Of a DNA stretch of 64,000 nt, positions 1-10,493 are shown in pieces. The translations under genes and the position numbers were made by a program. Position 1 is the stretch's first letter; the number at the start of each line of letters is the position of its first letter. The notes under the pieces are model-generated. The model did no database searches. It was not told where the DNA came from and was given only the letters and a program-made list of their open reading frames with translations. Source of the DNA: Smithellaceae bacterium (GTDB lineage Bacteria > Desulfobacterota > Syntrophia > Syntrophales > Smithellaceae); NCBI GenBank assembly GCA_963667845.2, contig CAXXVL010000002.1, positions 2,912,001 through 2,976,000 on the forward strand, written 5' to 3'.

Positions 1-1
1 C

Positions 2-37
2 TCATTTTTAGAAGAAAATAAAACGGTAGCCTTATAA
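2..37 (+). CDS. 3' end of an upstream gene (partial; possibly the preceding arn-cluster gene)
   Basis: Open frame SFLEENKTVAL* runs from the window edge to TAA at 35-37, 22 bp before arnD; too short to identify. Confidence 0.3.
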   Translation, partial: SFLEENKTVAL

Positions 38-59
38 AGGTTTTCTGTCAAAAAGCGAT

Positions 60-917
60 ATGGGAATGCTAGGTTTAAAAATTGACGTCGATACGTATTG
101 GGGGATGAAAAACGGCGTTCCTCGTCTTTTGCAGACATTAAAAGACTTCCAGGTCAAGGGCACTTTTTTTCTGAGCGTCGGTCCGGATAACTCCGGACGG
201 GCCGTCCTGCAGCTCATCAAGAATCCGCTATTTCTCAAGAAGATGATGAGGACCAAGGCGGCAAGTCTTTATGGCTGGAAAACTGCTCTCTATGGGACTC
301 TTTTGCCGGCGCCGATGATCGCCTTATCTTCTCCCGAGATAATTCACCGGATCATGAATGACGGCCATGAAGTTCAATTCCACGCCTGGGATCACCGCAG
401 ATGGCAAGATGATTTGCCGAACAAATCTGCAGAATGGATAGAACAATGGTTCGAAGCCGGAATAGAAGGTTTCGAAAAGCTGACCGGCAGGAAACCAACG
501 GCTTTTGGTGCGCCATCCTGGCTGATCGATGATCGTGTTTTGAAGATTATTCCAAAATATCATTTTGAGTATCTCAGTTGCACACGGGCAAAAGCTCCCT
601 TCATCCATCAGGGAGCCAATATTCCTGATTTGCCCTCGGATCTGCCTTGTTTCGAGGAACTTGATCCGGACGAAGGTGAATCGGCTATTCTCAGCATCAT
701 CAAAAAGGGAGGCAGACATATTCTTCCCGTTCATGCCGAAGTTGAAGGAGGGATGTTTGAAGAGAGATTCAGAAGACTCTTGAAACAGGTTATAATGCGG
801 GGAGTAAAAGTTACCGCTCTGGAAGAAATGAGATCTGACCTGGACATAAATCTTCTGCCCGTCAGAAAGTACAAGATGGAATTGCTTGCCGGCAGGCATT
901 CTCCCTGCGCAGTCTAG
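60..917 (+). CDS. arnD: ArnD-like 4-deoxy-4-formamido-L-arabinose-phosphoundecaprenol deformylase (polysaccharide deacetylase family)
   Basis: Motifs LKIDVDT..G...GVPRLL, FFLSVGPDN.GR, AASLYGW, HAWDH and HAEVEG match ArnD. Confidence 0.8.
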   Translation: MGMLGLKIDVDTYWGMKNGVPRLLQTLKDFQVKGTFFLSVGPDNSGRAVLQLIKNPLFLKKMMRTKAASLYGWKTALYGTLLPAPMIALSSPEIIHRIMNDGHEVQFHAWDHRRWQDDLPNKSAEWIEQWFEAGIEGFEKLTGRKPTAFGAPSWLIDDRVLKIIPKYHFEYLSCTRAKAPFIHQGANIPDLPSDLPCFEELDPDEGESAILSIIKKGGRHILPVHAEVEGGMFEERFRRLLKQVIMRGVKVTALEEMRSDLDINLLPVRKYKMELLAGRHSPCAV

Positions 918-922
918 ATCTT

Positions 923-938
923 TGTGACACGAATCACA
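923..938. promoter_or_regulatory. CRP-family binding site
   Basis: Perfect TGTGA-cacgaa-TCACA (palindrome extends to TTTGTGA-N6-TCACAAA), intergenic, upstream of the M23 gene. Confidence 0.65.
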
Positions 939-1084
939 AAAATATTCAAAATTATTAAAGATTAATACTATGGTGACGATATAAGTCTCAACGACTTATC
1001 CTTGACTTTGATTTTTCGGTGTGCTAGCTAACCAACCTTGTATGGCCTGATACTTGTTTTGTAGTTCTGATTTCTAGGGGGAAG

Positions 1085-1990
1085 ATGTCGGATAACTTCT
1101 TTACGCTCATGATTATACCTCGTAGAAAGAGCACGGTTACCAAGATTTCTCTTTCCAGTAATGTCGTCCGCGGCCTTTTTATCGGTTCAATTCTGGCCGT
1201 CCTTTTGACCCTGTACGTCATTTACGATTACGCCAGTATTAAAAGAGACCGGGTTGAACTCTCACGGCTCAGGCAGCAGACGGCCGAGCAATCAAAAGAG
1301 ATTGTTGATTTAGCTTTAAAGGTGGACGAATTTGCCGATCGAATGGAAGAATTTAAGCAATTCGATAAAAAATTAAGGATCTTGGCAACAAATCAAGTCG
1401 GTCGCGATAAGAAAATCCCCTTGGGCATCGGTGGGTCAAACAACGAGCAGGTTCGACTGAAAGAGTTGATTGACCGGGATCAAGAAAAACTTATTTCCGG
1501 AATGCGCAAGAGTATTGGTCAATTGAATGATGATGCCAATGAAAGAGAAACAAGTTTCAACGAATTATTAAAATTTCTTCGCGAGCAAAAATCACTCCTG
1601 GCGGCCACGCCTTCGATCTGGCCGGTAAGAGGATGGGTGACATCTGAGTTCGGATCGCGAGAAGATCCTTTCGCTTCCGGAGTTGAGTTCCACAAAGGCC
1701 TCGATATCGCAACAAGAATGGGAAAAGAGGTCATAGCCGCTGCAGATGGGCTTGTTGTTGAGGCGGCACATCGTTCTGATGATGGAAATATCGTCAGGAT
1801 TGATCATGGATATGGTGTTTGGACGAGCTACGCTCATTTATCGAAATCAGCAGTTAAACAGGGAGTGCGTGTCAAAAGAGGAGACGTGATTGGTTACGTT
1901 GGCGATACTGGTCGAAGTACAGGTACGCATCTTCATTATGCTGTCTTTGTGAATAAAATTCCGGTCAACCCAAGAAAATACTTGAAATAA
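1085..1990 (+). CDS. M23 family metallopeptidase (peptidoglycan endopeptidase) with TM anchor and coiled coil
   Basis: PSIWPVRG, HKGLD (HxxxD), YAHL and STGTHLHY (HxH) motifs. Confidence 0.92.
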   Translation: MSDNFFTLMIIPRRKSTVTKISLSSNVVRGLFIGSILAVLLTLYVIYDYASIKRDRVELSRLRQQTAEQSKEIVDLALKVDEFADRMEEFKQFDKKLRILATNQVGRDKKIPLGIGGSNNEQVRLKELIDRDQEKLISGMRKSIGQLNDDANERETSFNELLKFLREQKSLLAATPSIWPVRGWVTSEFGSREDPFASGVEFHKGLDIATRMGKEVIAAADGLVVEAAHRSDDGNIVRIDHGYGVWTSYAHLSKSAVKQGVRVKRGDVIGYVGDTGRSTGTHLHYAVFVNKIPVNPRKYLK

Positions 1991-2156
1991 TCATTCGATC
2001 TGCATTAATATTACAAACTTCAGTCCAGGGCGGGTATTTGAAGTGTTGGAATATTTTAATAAAATATTCCCCCTAAGAGATTGGGGTTTTTACTGACTTG
2101 TAAAATGTGTTAAAATTTACCGGTTAAGATACCGGCTTTTTTGTAAAGGGTGCTAA

Positions 2157-4676
2157 ATGCTGGATACAATCCTGAAAAAGATAATCGGAACGAAAAATGA
2201 CAGAGAATTGAAAAGATTATCGCTGTTGTTGGATGAAGTTAATCATTTTGAAACAACCCTGATGTCGTTAAGTGACGCTGATTTGCAAGCCAAGACGCCG
2301 TATTTTAAGGACAAAATAAAAAATGGCTTAACGCTCGATGATATCCTGACGGAAGCCTTCGCAGTTGCCAGAGAAGCATCACGCCGGACGCTCATGATGC
2401 GTCCTTTTGACGTGCAGGTCATTGGCGGGATCGTCTTGCATGAAGGCAAAATTGCTGAAATGAAAACCGGCGAAGGCAAAACACTCGCCGCTACCATGCC
2501 TTTATACCTAAATGCCCTTGAGGGTAAAGGATGCCATGTTGTAACGGTCAATGATTATCTGGCTCATCGCGACGCCGATTGGATGAGCCCCATTTATCGT
2601 TTTCTGGGATTGACGGTTGGAGTCATTATCCACGGTATGGATGACAGCGAGCGTCGTGAGGCTTATGGCGCGGATATTACTTACGGCACGAATAACGAAT
2701 TCGGTTTTGACTATCTGCGCGATAATATGAAATTCAGTCTCGAAGAATACGTTCAGAGGGAATTCAATTATGCCATCGTTGATGAAGTCGACAGTATTCT
2801 GATTGATGAAGCCCGTACCCCTCTCATCATCTCCGGTGCTTCAGAAGAATCGACTGACAAATATTATAAAATCAATCAGATTATTCCGCGTCTAAAGAAA
2901 GACGTTGACTATACGATTGAAGAGAAAAGCAAGACAGTCGTCCTGACGGAAGAAGGCGTTGCCAATGTTGAAAAATATTTAAATGTCCAGAACCTGTATG
3001 AACCCAAAAATATTGAAATCGTTCATCATGTGAATCAGGCCTTACGCGCTCATACGTTATTCAGGCGTGACGTGGATTATCTGGTCAAAGATGGTGAAGT
3101 CATCATCGTTGATGAATTTACCGGACGGGTCATGCCGGGCAGGCGATACAGCGACGGACTGCATCAGGCGCTGGAGGCAAAGGAAAAAGTCAAAATCGAA
3201 AAAGAGAATCAGACCCTGGCGTCCATTACATTTCAAAATTATTTCAGGATGTACAAAAAGCTGGCCGGAATGACAGGGACCGCTGATACGGAAGCAGCGG
3301 AATTCAAGAAAATTTATAACCTTGATGTTTTGGTTATACCCACGAATATGCCGATGATCCGCCAGGATCATAATGATCTGATTTATAAGACGGAACAGGA
3401 AAAGATTAAAGCTGTCATCGAAGAGGTAAAAGCTTTAAACAAAGCTAAGCGTCCCGTACTGATCGGTACCATTTCCATAGAGAAGTCGGAACTATTGAGT
3501 AAATATCTTACGCGTGCCGGGGTGAAGCACCACGTTCTGAACGCGAAGAATCACGAGAGAGAAGCGGAAATCGTTGCGCAGGCGGGGCAGCCCGGCCAGG
3601 TTACTATTTCTACGAACATGGCAGGCCGTGGTACGGATATCAAGCTTGGCGAAAACGTAGCGGAGGTCGGCGGACTGCATATTTTAGGTACGGAGAGGCA
3701 TGAAAGCCGCCGCATTGACAATCAGCTGAGAGGAAGAGCCGGCCGACAGGGAGATAACGGTTCGTCGCGTTTTTACCTTTCCCTGGAAGACGACCTGCTC
3801 AGGGTATTTGGAGCCGAACGAATATCATCCGTTATGGATACCGTTGGTATCGAAGAAGGTCAACCCATCGAACATAAGTACATTTCGCGGGCGATTGAAA
3901 ACGCCCAAAAGAGAGTGGAAGGTCAGAACTTCGATATCCGAAAACATCTGCTCGATTATGACGATGTCATGAATAATCAGAGAAAAGTCATCTATGAGCA
4001 GCGCAAAAAAGTATTACGTGGACAAGACTTATGGTCTGATATTGAAGAGATGGTTGAAGAAATTATCGGCGAGTTGTTGCTGGAATTTGCCGGCGACAAA
4101 AACCATCCTCAGGATTGGGATCTCAAGTCTCTCGATGAGGCTTTATTCAAGCAGTTCAATTTACGGTTAAATATCAGTAATGAAAAAGAAATAGACTCTG
4201 TCGACGCCATCCGGACTTATATCCTGGAGAAAGTTCTCACGTATCTGCGTGATAAAGAAAAAGAATTCGGCGCGGAACTGATGACTTATCTGATGAAAGT
4301 CATTATGTTACAGGCCATTGATACCCATTGGAAAGAACATTTGCTTTCCATGGATCATTTGAGGGAAGGTATTGGTCTGCGCGGCTATGGTCAGAAGGAT
4401 CCTGTCAGAGAGTACCAGCGCGAAGGGTATTCGATGTTTATGGAAATGATCGGCCACATCAAAATGGATACACTGGAAAAACTTTGCTTGGTCAGAATCC
4501 AAAAAGAGGAAGAAGTCGAAGAAATAAGGCAAAAGCAAAAACAGGATTACGTCCTGAGTCGCGGTGAAGATACCCCGGCTAATCAGACCATCAAGCGCGA
4601 GAGCGTAAAGGTTGGCCGTAATGATCCTTGTCCTTGCGGCAGTGGTAAGAAATATAAAAAGTGTTGCGGTGCATAG
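2157..4676 (+). CDS. secA: Preprotein translocase ATPase SecA
   Basis: [44 protein letters not shown] and a C-terminal SEC-C motif [18 protein letters not shown]. Confidence 0.99.
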   Translation: MLDTILKKIIGTKNDRELKRLSLLLDEVNHFETTLMSLSDADLQAKTPYFKDKIKNGLTLDDILTEAFAVAREASRRTLMMRPFDVQVIGGIVLHEGKIAEMKTGEGKTLAATMPLYLNALEGKGCHVVTVNDYLAHRDADWMSPIYRFLGLTVGVIIHGMDDSERREAYGADITYGTNNEFGFDYLRDNMKFSLEEYVQREFNYAIVDEVDSILIDEARTPLIISGASEESTDKYYKINQIIPRLKKDVDYTIEEKSKTVVLTEEGVANVEKYLNVQNLYEPKNIEIVHHVNQALRAHTLFRRDVDYLVKDGEVIIVDEFTGRVMPGRRYSDGLHQALEAKEKVKIEKENQTLASITFQNYFRMYKKLAGMTGTADTEAAEFKKIYNLDVLVIPTNMPMIRQDHNDLIYKTEQEKIKAVIEEVKALNKAKRPVLIGTISIEKSELLSKYLTRAGVKHHVLNAKNHEREAEIVAQAGQPGQVTISTNMAGRGTDIKLGENVAEVGGLHILGTERHESRRIDNQLRGRAGRQGDNGSSRFYLSLEDDLLRVFGAERISSVMDTVGIEEGQPIEHKYISRAIENAQKRVEGQNFDIRKHLLDYDDVMNNQRKVIYEQRKKVLRGQDLWSDIEEMVEEIIGELLLEFAGDKNHPQDWDLKSLDEALFKQFNLRLNISNEKEIDSVDAIRTYILEKVLTYLRDKEKEFGAELMTYLMKVIMLQAIDTHWKEHLLSMDHLREGIGLRGYGQKDPVREYQREGYSMFMEMIGHIKMDTLEKLCLVRIQKEEEVEEIRQKQKQDYVLSRGEDTPANQTIKRESVKVGRNDPCPCGSGKKYKKCCGA

Positions 4677-4697
4677 GCCTTAAGAGGGGTGGCGGTA

Positions 4698-5897
4698 ATG
4701 GTGAAATCCGTAAGTAAAATTAGTGTTCCCGGTTTCTTAGCCAGCGGCGTATCTGTTGGCATCAAGGGTGGCGATGAGAAGGATCTCGGACTGATCTATT
4801 CCACGGTTCCCGCAAAAGTGGCCGCGCTGTTTACAAAAAATACATTCAGAGCTGCACCGGTTTTAATTGATGCCGAGAGAATCAAAAGGGGAATAGCGCA
4901 GGCCATTATCACGAACAGCGGTTGTGCCAATGCTGCAACGGGAAAAGAAGGCATGCAGGATGCACTCGCCGTTTCGGGGGCGGCAGCCAGGCAATTAAAA
5001 ATACCGGAGGAGCACCTTCTGGTGTGTTCGACGGGTGTGATTGGCAAAAGACTTCCGGTAAAAAAAATTGAAACCGGTATCGGGAAGCTCGTCAAAGGAC
5101 TCAATGAATTTGGAATCGAAGACGCCGAAGCGGCGATGATGACAACGGATAAATATCCTAAGATCGCCGTTCGTAAAGGGATTGTTGGTGCAAAGGATAT
5201 AACGATTTGCGGGATTGCCAAAGGCGCCGGAATGATCGAGCCGAATATGGCAACCTTGCTGACCTATGTGATGACTGATGCTTTGATCGATGCCAAAGCA
5301 CTGAACACCGTATTTCATCAGGTGATCGATTCCACATTCAACTCGATCAGCGTAGATGGTTGCATGAGCACCAATGACACGGCAATCGTTCTGGCCAATG
5401 GTCTTGCAGGAAACAATCCCCTGGAGAGGGCGCAGGCAAGGCTTCAGAGGTTTCGTGAGATGCTGACGGATGTTTTGTCGGAATTAGCTCAAGCGGTGGT
5501 GAAAGACGGTGAAGGTGCAACAAAGTTTATAACCATTGTCGTCGATGGTGCGAAATCGAAATCTGATGCCAGGCGAGTGGCTTATTCGGTCGCCAATTCC
5601 AATCTGGTCAAGACCGCTTTTTTCGGAGAAGACCCCAATTGGGGCAGAATTATTGCCGCAGTCGGTTCTTCGGGGATTCCGCTGGAGAGGGAACGAATCA
5701 GTCTATCTATTGGAAGTACGATGGTATATGCTCAGGATACCCCTGCCAACATTCCTCTCGCCAAGTTGAAGGAAATATTTCACGACAAGAAAATTGAGAT
5801 CCGCATTGGTCTGGGAGGTGGTGATAAATCCTACTCGGTTTATACATCGGATCTTTCTTACGAATATGTAAAAATCAACGCAGATTATTCAACCTGA
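4698..5897 (+). CDS. argJ: Glutamate N-acetyltransferase / ornithine acetyltransferase ArgJ
   Basis: NSGCANAATG, STGVIG, MTTD, AKGAGMIEPNMAT, DGEGATK, DPNWGRI, NADYST; ATG 4698 fits the RBS better than GTG 4689. Confidence 0.96.
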   Translation: MVKSVSKISVPGFLASGVSVGIKGGDEKDLGLIYSTVPAKVAALFTKNTFRAAPVLIDAERIKRGIAQAIITNSGCANAATGKEGMQDALAVSGAAARQLKIPEEHLLVCSTGVIGKRLPVKKIETGIGKLVKGLNEFGIEDAEAAMMTTDKYPKIAVRKGIVGAKDITICGIAKGAGMIEPNMATLLTYVMTDALIDAKALNTVFHQVIDSTFNSISVDGCMSTNDTAIVLANGLAGNNPLERAQARLQRFREMLTDVLSELAQAVVKDGEGATKFITIVVDGAKSKSDARRVAYSVANSNLVKTAFFGEDPNWGRIIAAVGSSGIPLERERISLSIGSTMVYAQDTPANIPLAKLKEIFHDKKIEIRIGLGGGDKSYSVYTSDLSYEYVKINADYST

Positions 5898-5943
5898 GGA
5901 TGAGAAAATATATTAATTTTATTGCCAAAAAAGTTATTTAGGC

Positions 5944-5971
5944 TTGAACAATTCAAGTATTTGTGGTAATT
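5944..5971 (+). promoter_or_regulatory. Putative sigma70 promoter of the rpsB-tsf operon
   Basis: TTGAAC (-35) and TGTGGTAATT extended -10-like element resembling known rpsB promoters, followed by a GC-rich discriminator (GCCGC). Confidence 0.55.
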
Positions 5972-5985
5972 GCCGCACAAAATTT

Positions 5986-6056
5986 CACACATCCCTCGAT
6001 TGATGGCAGGTTGCTTAGAAATTAAGTTTGCCATGCAAAATGACGGGGATGGCGGA
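5986..6056 (+). ncRNA. rpsB 5' leader structure (putative S2 autoregulatory RNA)
   Basis: Nested stems CATCCC/GGGATG, ATGGCAGG/TTTGCCAT, GCTTAG/TTAAGT, starting at CACAC and ending just before the AAGGAG RBS. Confidence 0.6.
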
Positions 6057-6076
6057 AAAAACAAAGGAGAAAAATT

Positions 6077-6889
6077 ATGTCAGCTATTTCGATGAAACTG
6101 TTACTCGAAGCCGGTGTCCATTTCGGGCATCAAACCAACAAGTGGAACCCCAAGATGAAACCCTATATCTTCGGGGCGCGCAACAACATCTACATTATTG
6201 ATTTACAGCAAACCGTCGGTATGTTCCAGTCCGCGTATAACTTCGTAACGGACACGGTCGGTCAGGGGAAAGAGATTCTTTTTGTGGGAACAAAGAAACA
6301 ATCGCAGGAAGCGATTCGCGAAGAAGCGTCACGATGCGGCATGCCTTTTGTCAATCAGCGTTGGTTAGGGGGTATGTTAACCAATTTTATCACCGTTAAA
6401 AAGAGCGTGGATCGCTTAAACAATTTGAACAAAATGTTCGGTGATGATTCGATTAAGGCCTTTCCCAAGAAAGAAATTACCAAGCTTCAAAAAGAAATGG
6501 ATAAGCTGGAAAATGTCCTGGGCGGCATTAAGAATATGAAATCACTTCCGGCAGCCGTTTTTATCGTTGATCCCAATCGTGAGCACATTACCGTCCAGGA
6601 AGCTAAAAAATTAAAAATCCCCCTGGTCGCTATTGTCGATACGAACTGCGATCCAACGGATATCGATTATATTATTCCCGGTAATGATGATGCTATCCGG
6701 GCGATCAAACTGTTCGCTTCGAAATTTGCCGATGCCGTCATGGAAGGCAAGAAACGATTTGAAGAAAAGCTGGCCGCCGAATCCAATAAAGAAACGGGTT
6801 CCGCTGCGACTGAAAATAAGGATGCTGAAGCGGACGTACCTGAAAGCGTCGGGATGGAAAGCGGCTCCGCGGTTAGCGTAGAAAAATGA
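6077..6889 (+). CDS. rpsB: 30S ribosomal protein S2
   Basis: [38 protein letters not shown]. Confidence 0.99.
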   Translation: MSAISMKLLLEAGVHFGHQTNKWNPKMKPYIFGARNNIYIIDLQQTVGMFQSAYNFVTDTVGQGKEILFVGTKKQSQEAIREEASRCGMPFVNQRWLGGMLTNFITVKKSVDRLNNLNKMFGDDSIKAFPKKEITKLQKEMDKLENVLGGIKNMKSLPAAVFIVDPNREHITVQEAKKLKIPLVAIVDTNCDPTDIDYIIPGNDDAIRAIKLFASKFADAVMEGKKRFEEKLAAESNKETGSAATENKDAEADVPESVGMESGSAVSVEK

Positions 6890-6953
6890 TGGACGCGTAT
6901 AGAACGCGGAGAAATAAAGATACTCAAGGAATTGAATTTAGGAGGACAGGAAA

Positions 6954-7559
6954 TTGGAAATCACTTCAACGATGGTAAAGGAATTGAGAACAAAGACCGG
7001 CGCAGGCATGATGGATTGTAAAGAAGCGCTTGCGGCTGTTAATGGTGACTTTGAAAATGCGATAGATTTTTTAAGAAAAAAGGGGCTGTCCGCAGCAACC
7101 AAACGATCATCCAAAGCGGCCAAAGATGGAACCGTTGCTTCGTATATACATATGGGGGGCAGAATCGGCGTCATGGTGGAAATCAACTGTGAGACGGATT
7201 TTGTGGCTAAGACTGAAGATTTCCAGACCATGGCCAGGGACATCGCCATGCACGTTGCGGCATCGAATCCGCTTTACGTACGCCCTGAAGAAATCAACGA
7301 GGATGTTCTCAATCGGGAAAAAGAAATTTACCGCAGCCAGTTACGTGAAGAAAAAAAGCCGGAGAAGATCTGGGATAAGATTATTGAAGGGAAACTCAAA
7401 AAATATTACGAAGACGTTTGTTTGATTGAACAGAAGTTTGTCAAAAACCAGGATATCACTGTCGGAACCCTGATCAACAACATGATTGCTAAAACCGGCG
7501 AAAACATCGTGATTCGCCGTTTTGCCCGCTTCCAGCTGGGTGAGGAAACAAAGCAATAA
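6954..7559 (+). CDS. tsf: Translation elongation factor Ts (short ~200 aa form)
   Basis: [32 protein letters not shown] start after GGAGG. Confidence 0.98.
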   Translation: MEITSTMVKELRTKTGAGMMDCKEALAAVNGDFENAIDFLRKKGLSAATKRSSKAAKDGTVASYIHMGGRIGVMVEINCETDFVAKTEDFQTMARDIAMHVAASNPLYVRPEEINEDVLNREKEIYRSQLREEKKPEKIWDKIIEGKLKKYYEDVCLIEQKFVKNQDITVGTLINNMIAKTGENIVIRRFARFQLGEETKQ

Positions 7560-8284
7560 TGAGCGATAAGACGAAAGTCGCCTATAAAAGAGTCCTCCTG
7601 AAGCTCAGCGGAGAAGCACTTCTCGGAAAGCAGTCCGGAGGCGTCGATCCCGCTGTTGCGAACTACATCGCTGAAGAAATAAAGTCTCTGTCTGACCTTA
7701 AAATTCAGATCGGCATTGTTATCGGGGGAGGGAACATTTTCCGCGGCATCGAAGCCAGTGCTAAAGGGATGGACAGAACAACCGCTGATTACATGGGTAT
7801 GCTGGCAACGGTCATCAACAGTCTTGCTCTGCAGAGTGCTCTGGAAATGCGCGGTCTGCCGACGCGCGTTCAGTCGTCGATCGAAATGAGAGAGATCGCT
7901 GAGCCTTTTATTCAGCGCAGGGCCGTTCGGCATTTGGAAAAAGGAAGAATTGTCATATTCGCCGGTGGAACAGGAAATCCTTATTTTTCCACGGATACGG
8001 CAGCATCCTTGAGAGCGATGGAAATCCGTGCGGATGTTATTATGAAGGCGACGAAAGTAGACGGGGTCTACAATGTGGACCCGATAAAAAATAAGTCCGC
8101 TGTCATGTTTAAAAAAATAAGTTATATCGACGTCTTGACGAGAAATCTTAAAGTAATGGATTCGACCGCTATTACTCTTTGCAGAGACAACTCTTTGCCC
8201 ATCATTGTATTTAATTTGCAGAAGAAGGGGAACATTCGGGCGGCTATTTGTGGTAAAAAAATTGGAACTTACGTAGGAGAATGA
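7559..8284 (+). CDS. pyrH: UMP kinase
   Basis: [38 protein letters not shown]. Confidence 0.99.
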   Translation: MSDKTKVAYKRVLLKLSGEALLGKQSGGVDPAVANYIAEEIKSLSDLKIQIGIVIGGGNIFRGIEASAKGMDRTTADYMGMLATVINSLALQSALEMRGLPTRVQSSIEMREIAEPFIQRRAVRHLEKGRIVIFAGGTGNPYFSTDTAASLRAMEIRADVIMKATKVDGVYNVDPIKNKSAVMFKKISYIDVLTRNLKVMDSTAITLCRDNSLPIIVFNLQKKGNIRAAICGKKIGTYVGE

Positions 8285-8286
8285 TC

Positions 8287-8844
8287 ATGAAAGAGCAGAT
8301 TTTTCAGAAATTCAAGGAAGAGATGGAAAGAACAATATCTTCTCTGGAGAAATCATTCAGCAGAGTAAGAACCGGTCGGGCGTCTGTCTCACTGCTGGAT
8401 GGGATTAAGGTGGATTATTACGGAACGCCGACCCCGATTGCCCAGGTGGCAACACTTTCCGTTCCGGAAAGTCGTCTCATCGTGATTGCACCCTGGGATG
8501 CAACAGCGATCGGCGCAATTGAAAAAGCCATTCAAAAGTCCGATCTGGGACTGATGCCCTCTTCCGACGGCAAGGTCATTCGCCTCTCTATTCCGCAATT
8601 AACGGAAGAGAGACGTAAGGAACTCGTGAAAGTCGTCAAGAAGATGGCTGAAGAAGGTAAAGTAAAGTTGCGTAATGAGCGCCGTGATGCCAATGAGTCA
8701 CTAAAGGAATTGAAAAAGAACAATAAAATGTCCGAGGACGAGCTACACGCTGCGCAAGAAGAAGTTCAAAAGTTGATCGATCGCTATATCGAAAAGACAG
8801 AAAAGATTTTGACGGTCAAAGAAAAAGAAATCATGGAGATTTAA
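8287..8844 (+). CDS. frr: Ribosome recycling factor
   Basis: [24 protein letters not shown]; alternative start at 8281. Confidence 0.98.
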   Translation: MKEQIFQKFKEEMERTISSLEKSFSRVRTGRASVSLLDGIKVDYYGTPTPIAQVATLSVPESRLIVIAPWDATAIGAIEKAIQKSDLGLMPSSDGKVIRLSIPQLTEERRKELVKVVKKMAEEGKVKLRNERRDANESLKELKKNNKMSEDELHAAQEEVQKLIDRYIEKTEKILTVKEKEIMEI

Positions 8845-8867
8845 ATTCGGCTGCAGAAAGATAACTC

Positions 8868-8899
8868 AATGGGGAGTCAAAAGCTCCCCATTTGTTTTT
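8868..8899 (+). terminator. Intrinsic terminator after frr
   Basis: AATGGGGAGT-caaaa-GCTCCCCATT stem followed by a T-rich tail. Confidence 0.75.
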
Positions 8900-8917
8900 G
8901 GGAATCGGTAGAGCAAG

Positions 8918-9655
8918 ATGTCAAAGATTGATCAAAATAACCTGCCTCGGCATATTGCCATTATCATGGATGGCAACGGAAGGTGGGCGAAACAGCATGC
9001 CATGGGACGAATCCGAGGACATAAAAAAGGGGCTCAAGCCGTTAAGACTACTGTGACCGCCTGTCGGGAAATGGGGATTCAGTACCTGACTCTTTTTGCT
9101 TTCTCTTCGGAGAACTGGGGCAGGCCAAGCGATGAAATCGATGCGCTGATGTCTTTACTGGAGGAGTACCTGGACGGCGAAGCGCCGACCCTTCAAAAGC
9201 AGGAAATCAAGCTCTCGACCATCGGTGAAATCGACCGGCTTTACAAACCGGTAAAGGAAAAGCTTCTGGATGTGAAGAAACTTACAGAAAAGAACGCCAA
9301 GATGGTATTGAATCTCGCCTTAAGCTATGGCAGCCGTGATGAGATTGTTTTTGCTTTGAAGCGGATGATTGCCGATACTCGGGAAGGAAGACTCAGGTTC
9401 GATGATATCGATCAGGATACGGTTGGCCGATATTTATTCACGGGAGACATGCCCGATCCCGATCTGCTGATCCGTACCAGCGGAGAATATCGCATCAGCA
9501 ATTTTCTTCTCTGGCAGTTGGCCTATACAGAATTATATTTTACCGATGTTCTATGGCCCGATTTCACAAAGAGTGACTTGCTGAAAGCTATAGTCGCTTA
9601 TCAGAGCCGGGAACGGCGGTACGGATTGACTGGTGAGCAAATCAGGAGCAAATAG
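8918..9655 (+). CDS. uppS: Undecaprenyl diphosphate synthase (isoprenyl transferase)
   Basis: HIAIIMDGNGRWA, FAFSSENW, DLLIRTSGEYRISNFLLWQ. Confidence 0.98.
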   Translation: MSKIDQNNLPRHIAIIMDGNGRWAKQHAMGRIRGHKKGAQAVKTTVTACREMGIQYLTLFAFSSENWGRPSDEIDALMSLLEEYLDGEAPTLQKQEIKLSTIGEIDRLYKPVKEKLLDVKKLTEKNAKMVLNLALSYGSRDEIVFALKRMIADTREGRLRFDDIDQDTVGRYLFTGDMPDPDLLIRTSGEYRISNFLLWQLAYTELYFTDVLWPDFTKSDLLKAIVAYQSRERRYGLTGEQIRSK

Positions 9656-9680
9656 TTTTTTATACAAAAGGTGAATCATC

Positions 9681-10493
9681 GTGATAAAGAACTCGAATCT
9701 GCAAAGATGGCTGACCGGCCTTGTTTTAGCTGCAGCAATACTCTTGATAATCTTGTTTGGCTCACTTGAACTTGTGGCGGTCATCATTACACTGGCTGCC
9801 GGCGTGGGTACCTGGGAATACACGAGTATTGTTTTTGGGCGGGGGTTCCTAAAGGAAAAAATTGAGAGTCTGGTCTTCGCAATCCTTATTCCATGCGTCG
9901 CACTTTTTGGCAGCGCGCAAGAATTGATAGCACTTCTGTCGTTTGCGGTCATCGTCATTTTCATTGTTTTTCTCTGGCGAGTCAATGAAACCAACTTTGA
10001 TATATCCCGGGTAGCCAAAGTCATTTTTGGTTTAGTTTATATTCCTTTGCTGACCTCACACTTCATTTTTTTGCGGAAACTGGACAACGGTGTTTATTGG
10101 ATTTTGATCGTGCTGGTCATCGGGATCGTCGGCGATACCGTGGCAATGTACGTTGGGAAGACTTTGGGCAAAAGAAAGCTCATTGCGCTGGTCAGTCCGG
10201 GTAAAACTGTGGAAGGAACAATCGGTCTCATAGTGGGCGCCACCATTGCCGCCTGTCTGTTCGGGTATTTCCTGATTCCCGGGGTATCTATTGTTCACTT
10301 TGTGGTTATTGGTTTTGTGGGCAGTATCATCGGTCAGTTGGGCGACCTTTGCGAATCCGCGATCAAGCGAAATTATGGCAAGAAAGATGCCGGTGCTCTT
10401 TTACCGGGGCACGGAGGATTGATGGATCGTTTGGACAGTCTGATATTTTTGGCTCCTTTTGTCTACTATTATCGAATCCTTGTAATTGGATGA
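9681..10493 (+). CDS. cdsA: Phosphatidate cytidylyltransferase
   Basis: Multi-TM protein; SPGKTVEG, GDLCESAIKR..GKKDAG.LLPGHGGLMDRLDS. Confidence 0.97.
   Translation: MIKNSNLQRWLTGLVLAAAILLIILFGSLELVAVIITLAAGVGTWEYTSIVFGRGFLKEKIESLVFAILIPCVALFGSAQELIALLSFAVIVIFIVFLWRVNETNFDISRVAKVIFGLVYIPLLTSHFIFLRKLDNGVYWILIVLVIGIVGDTVAMYVGKTLGKRKLIALVSPGKTVEGTIGLIVGATIAACLFGYFLIPGVSIVHFVVIGFVGSIIGQLGDLCESAIKRNYGKKDAGALLPGHGGLMDRLDSLIFLAPFVYYYRILVIG

Noticed and set aside
10349..10489. Long N-terminal extension of Dxr
   Set aside because: It overlaps the conserved end of cdsA; Dxr homology begins at MMKKITLLGSTGSIG.
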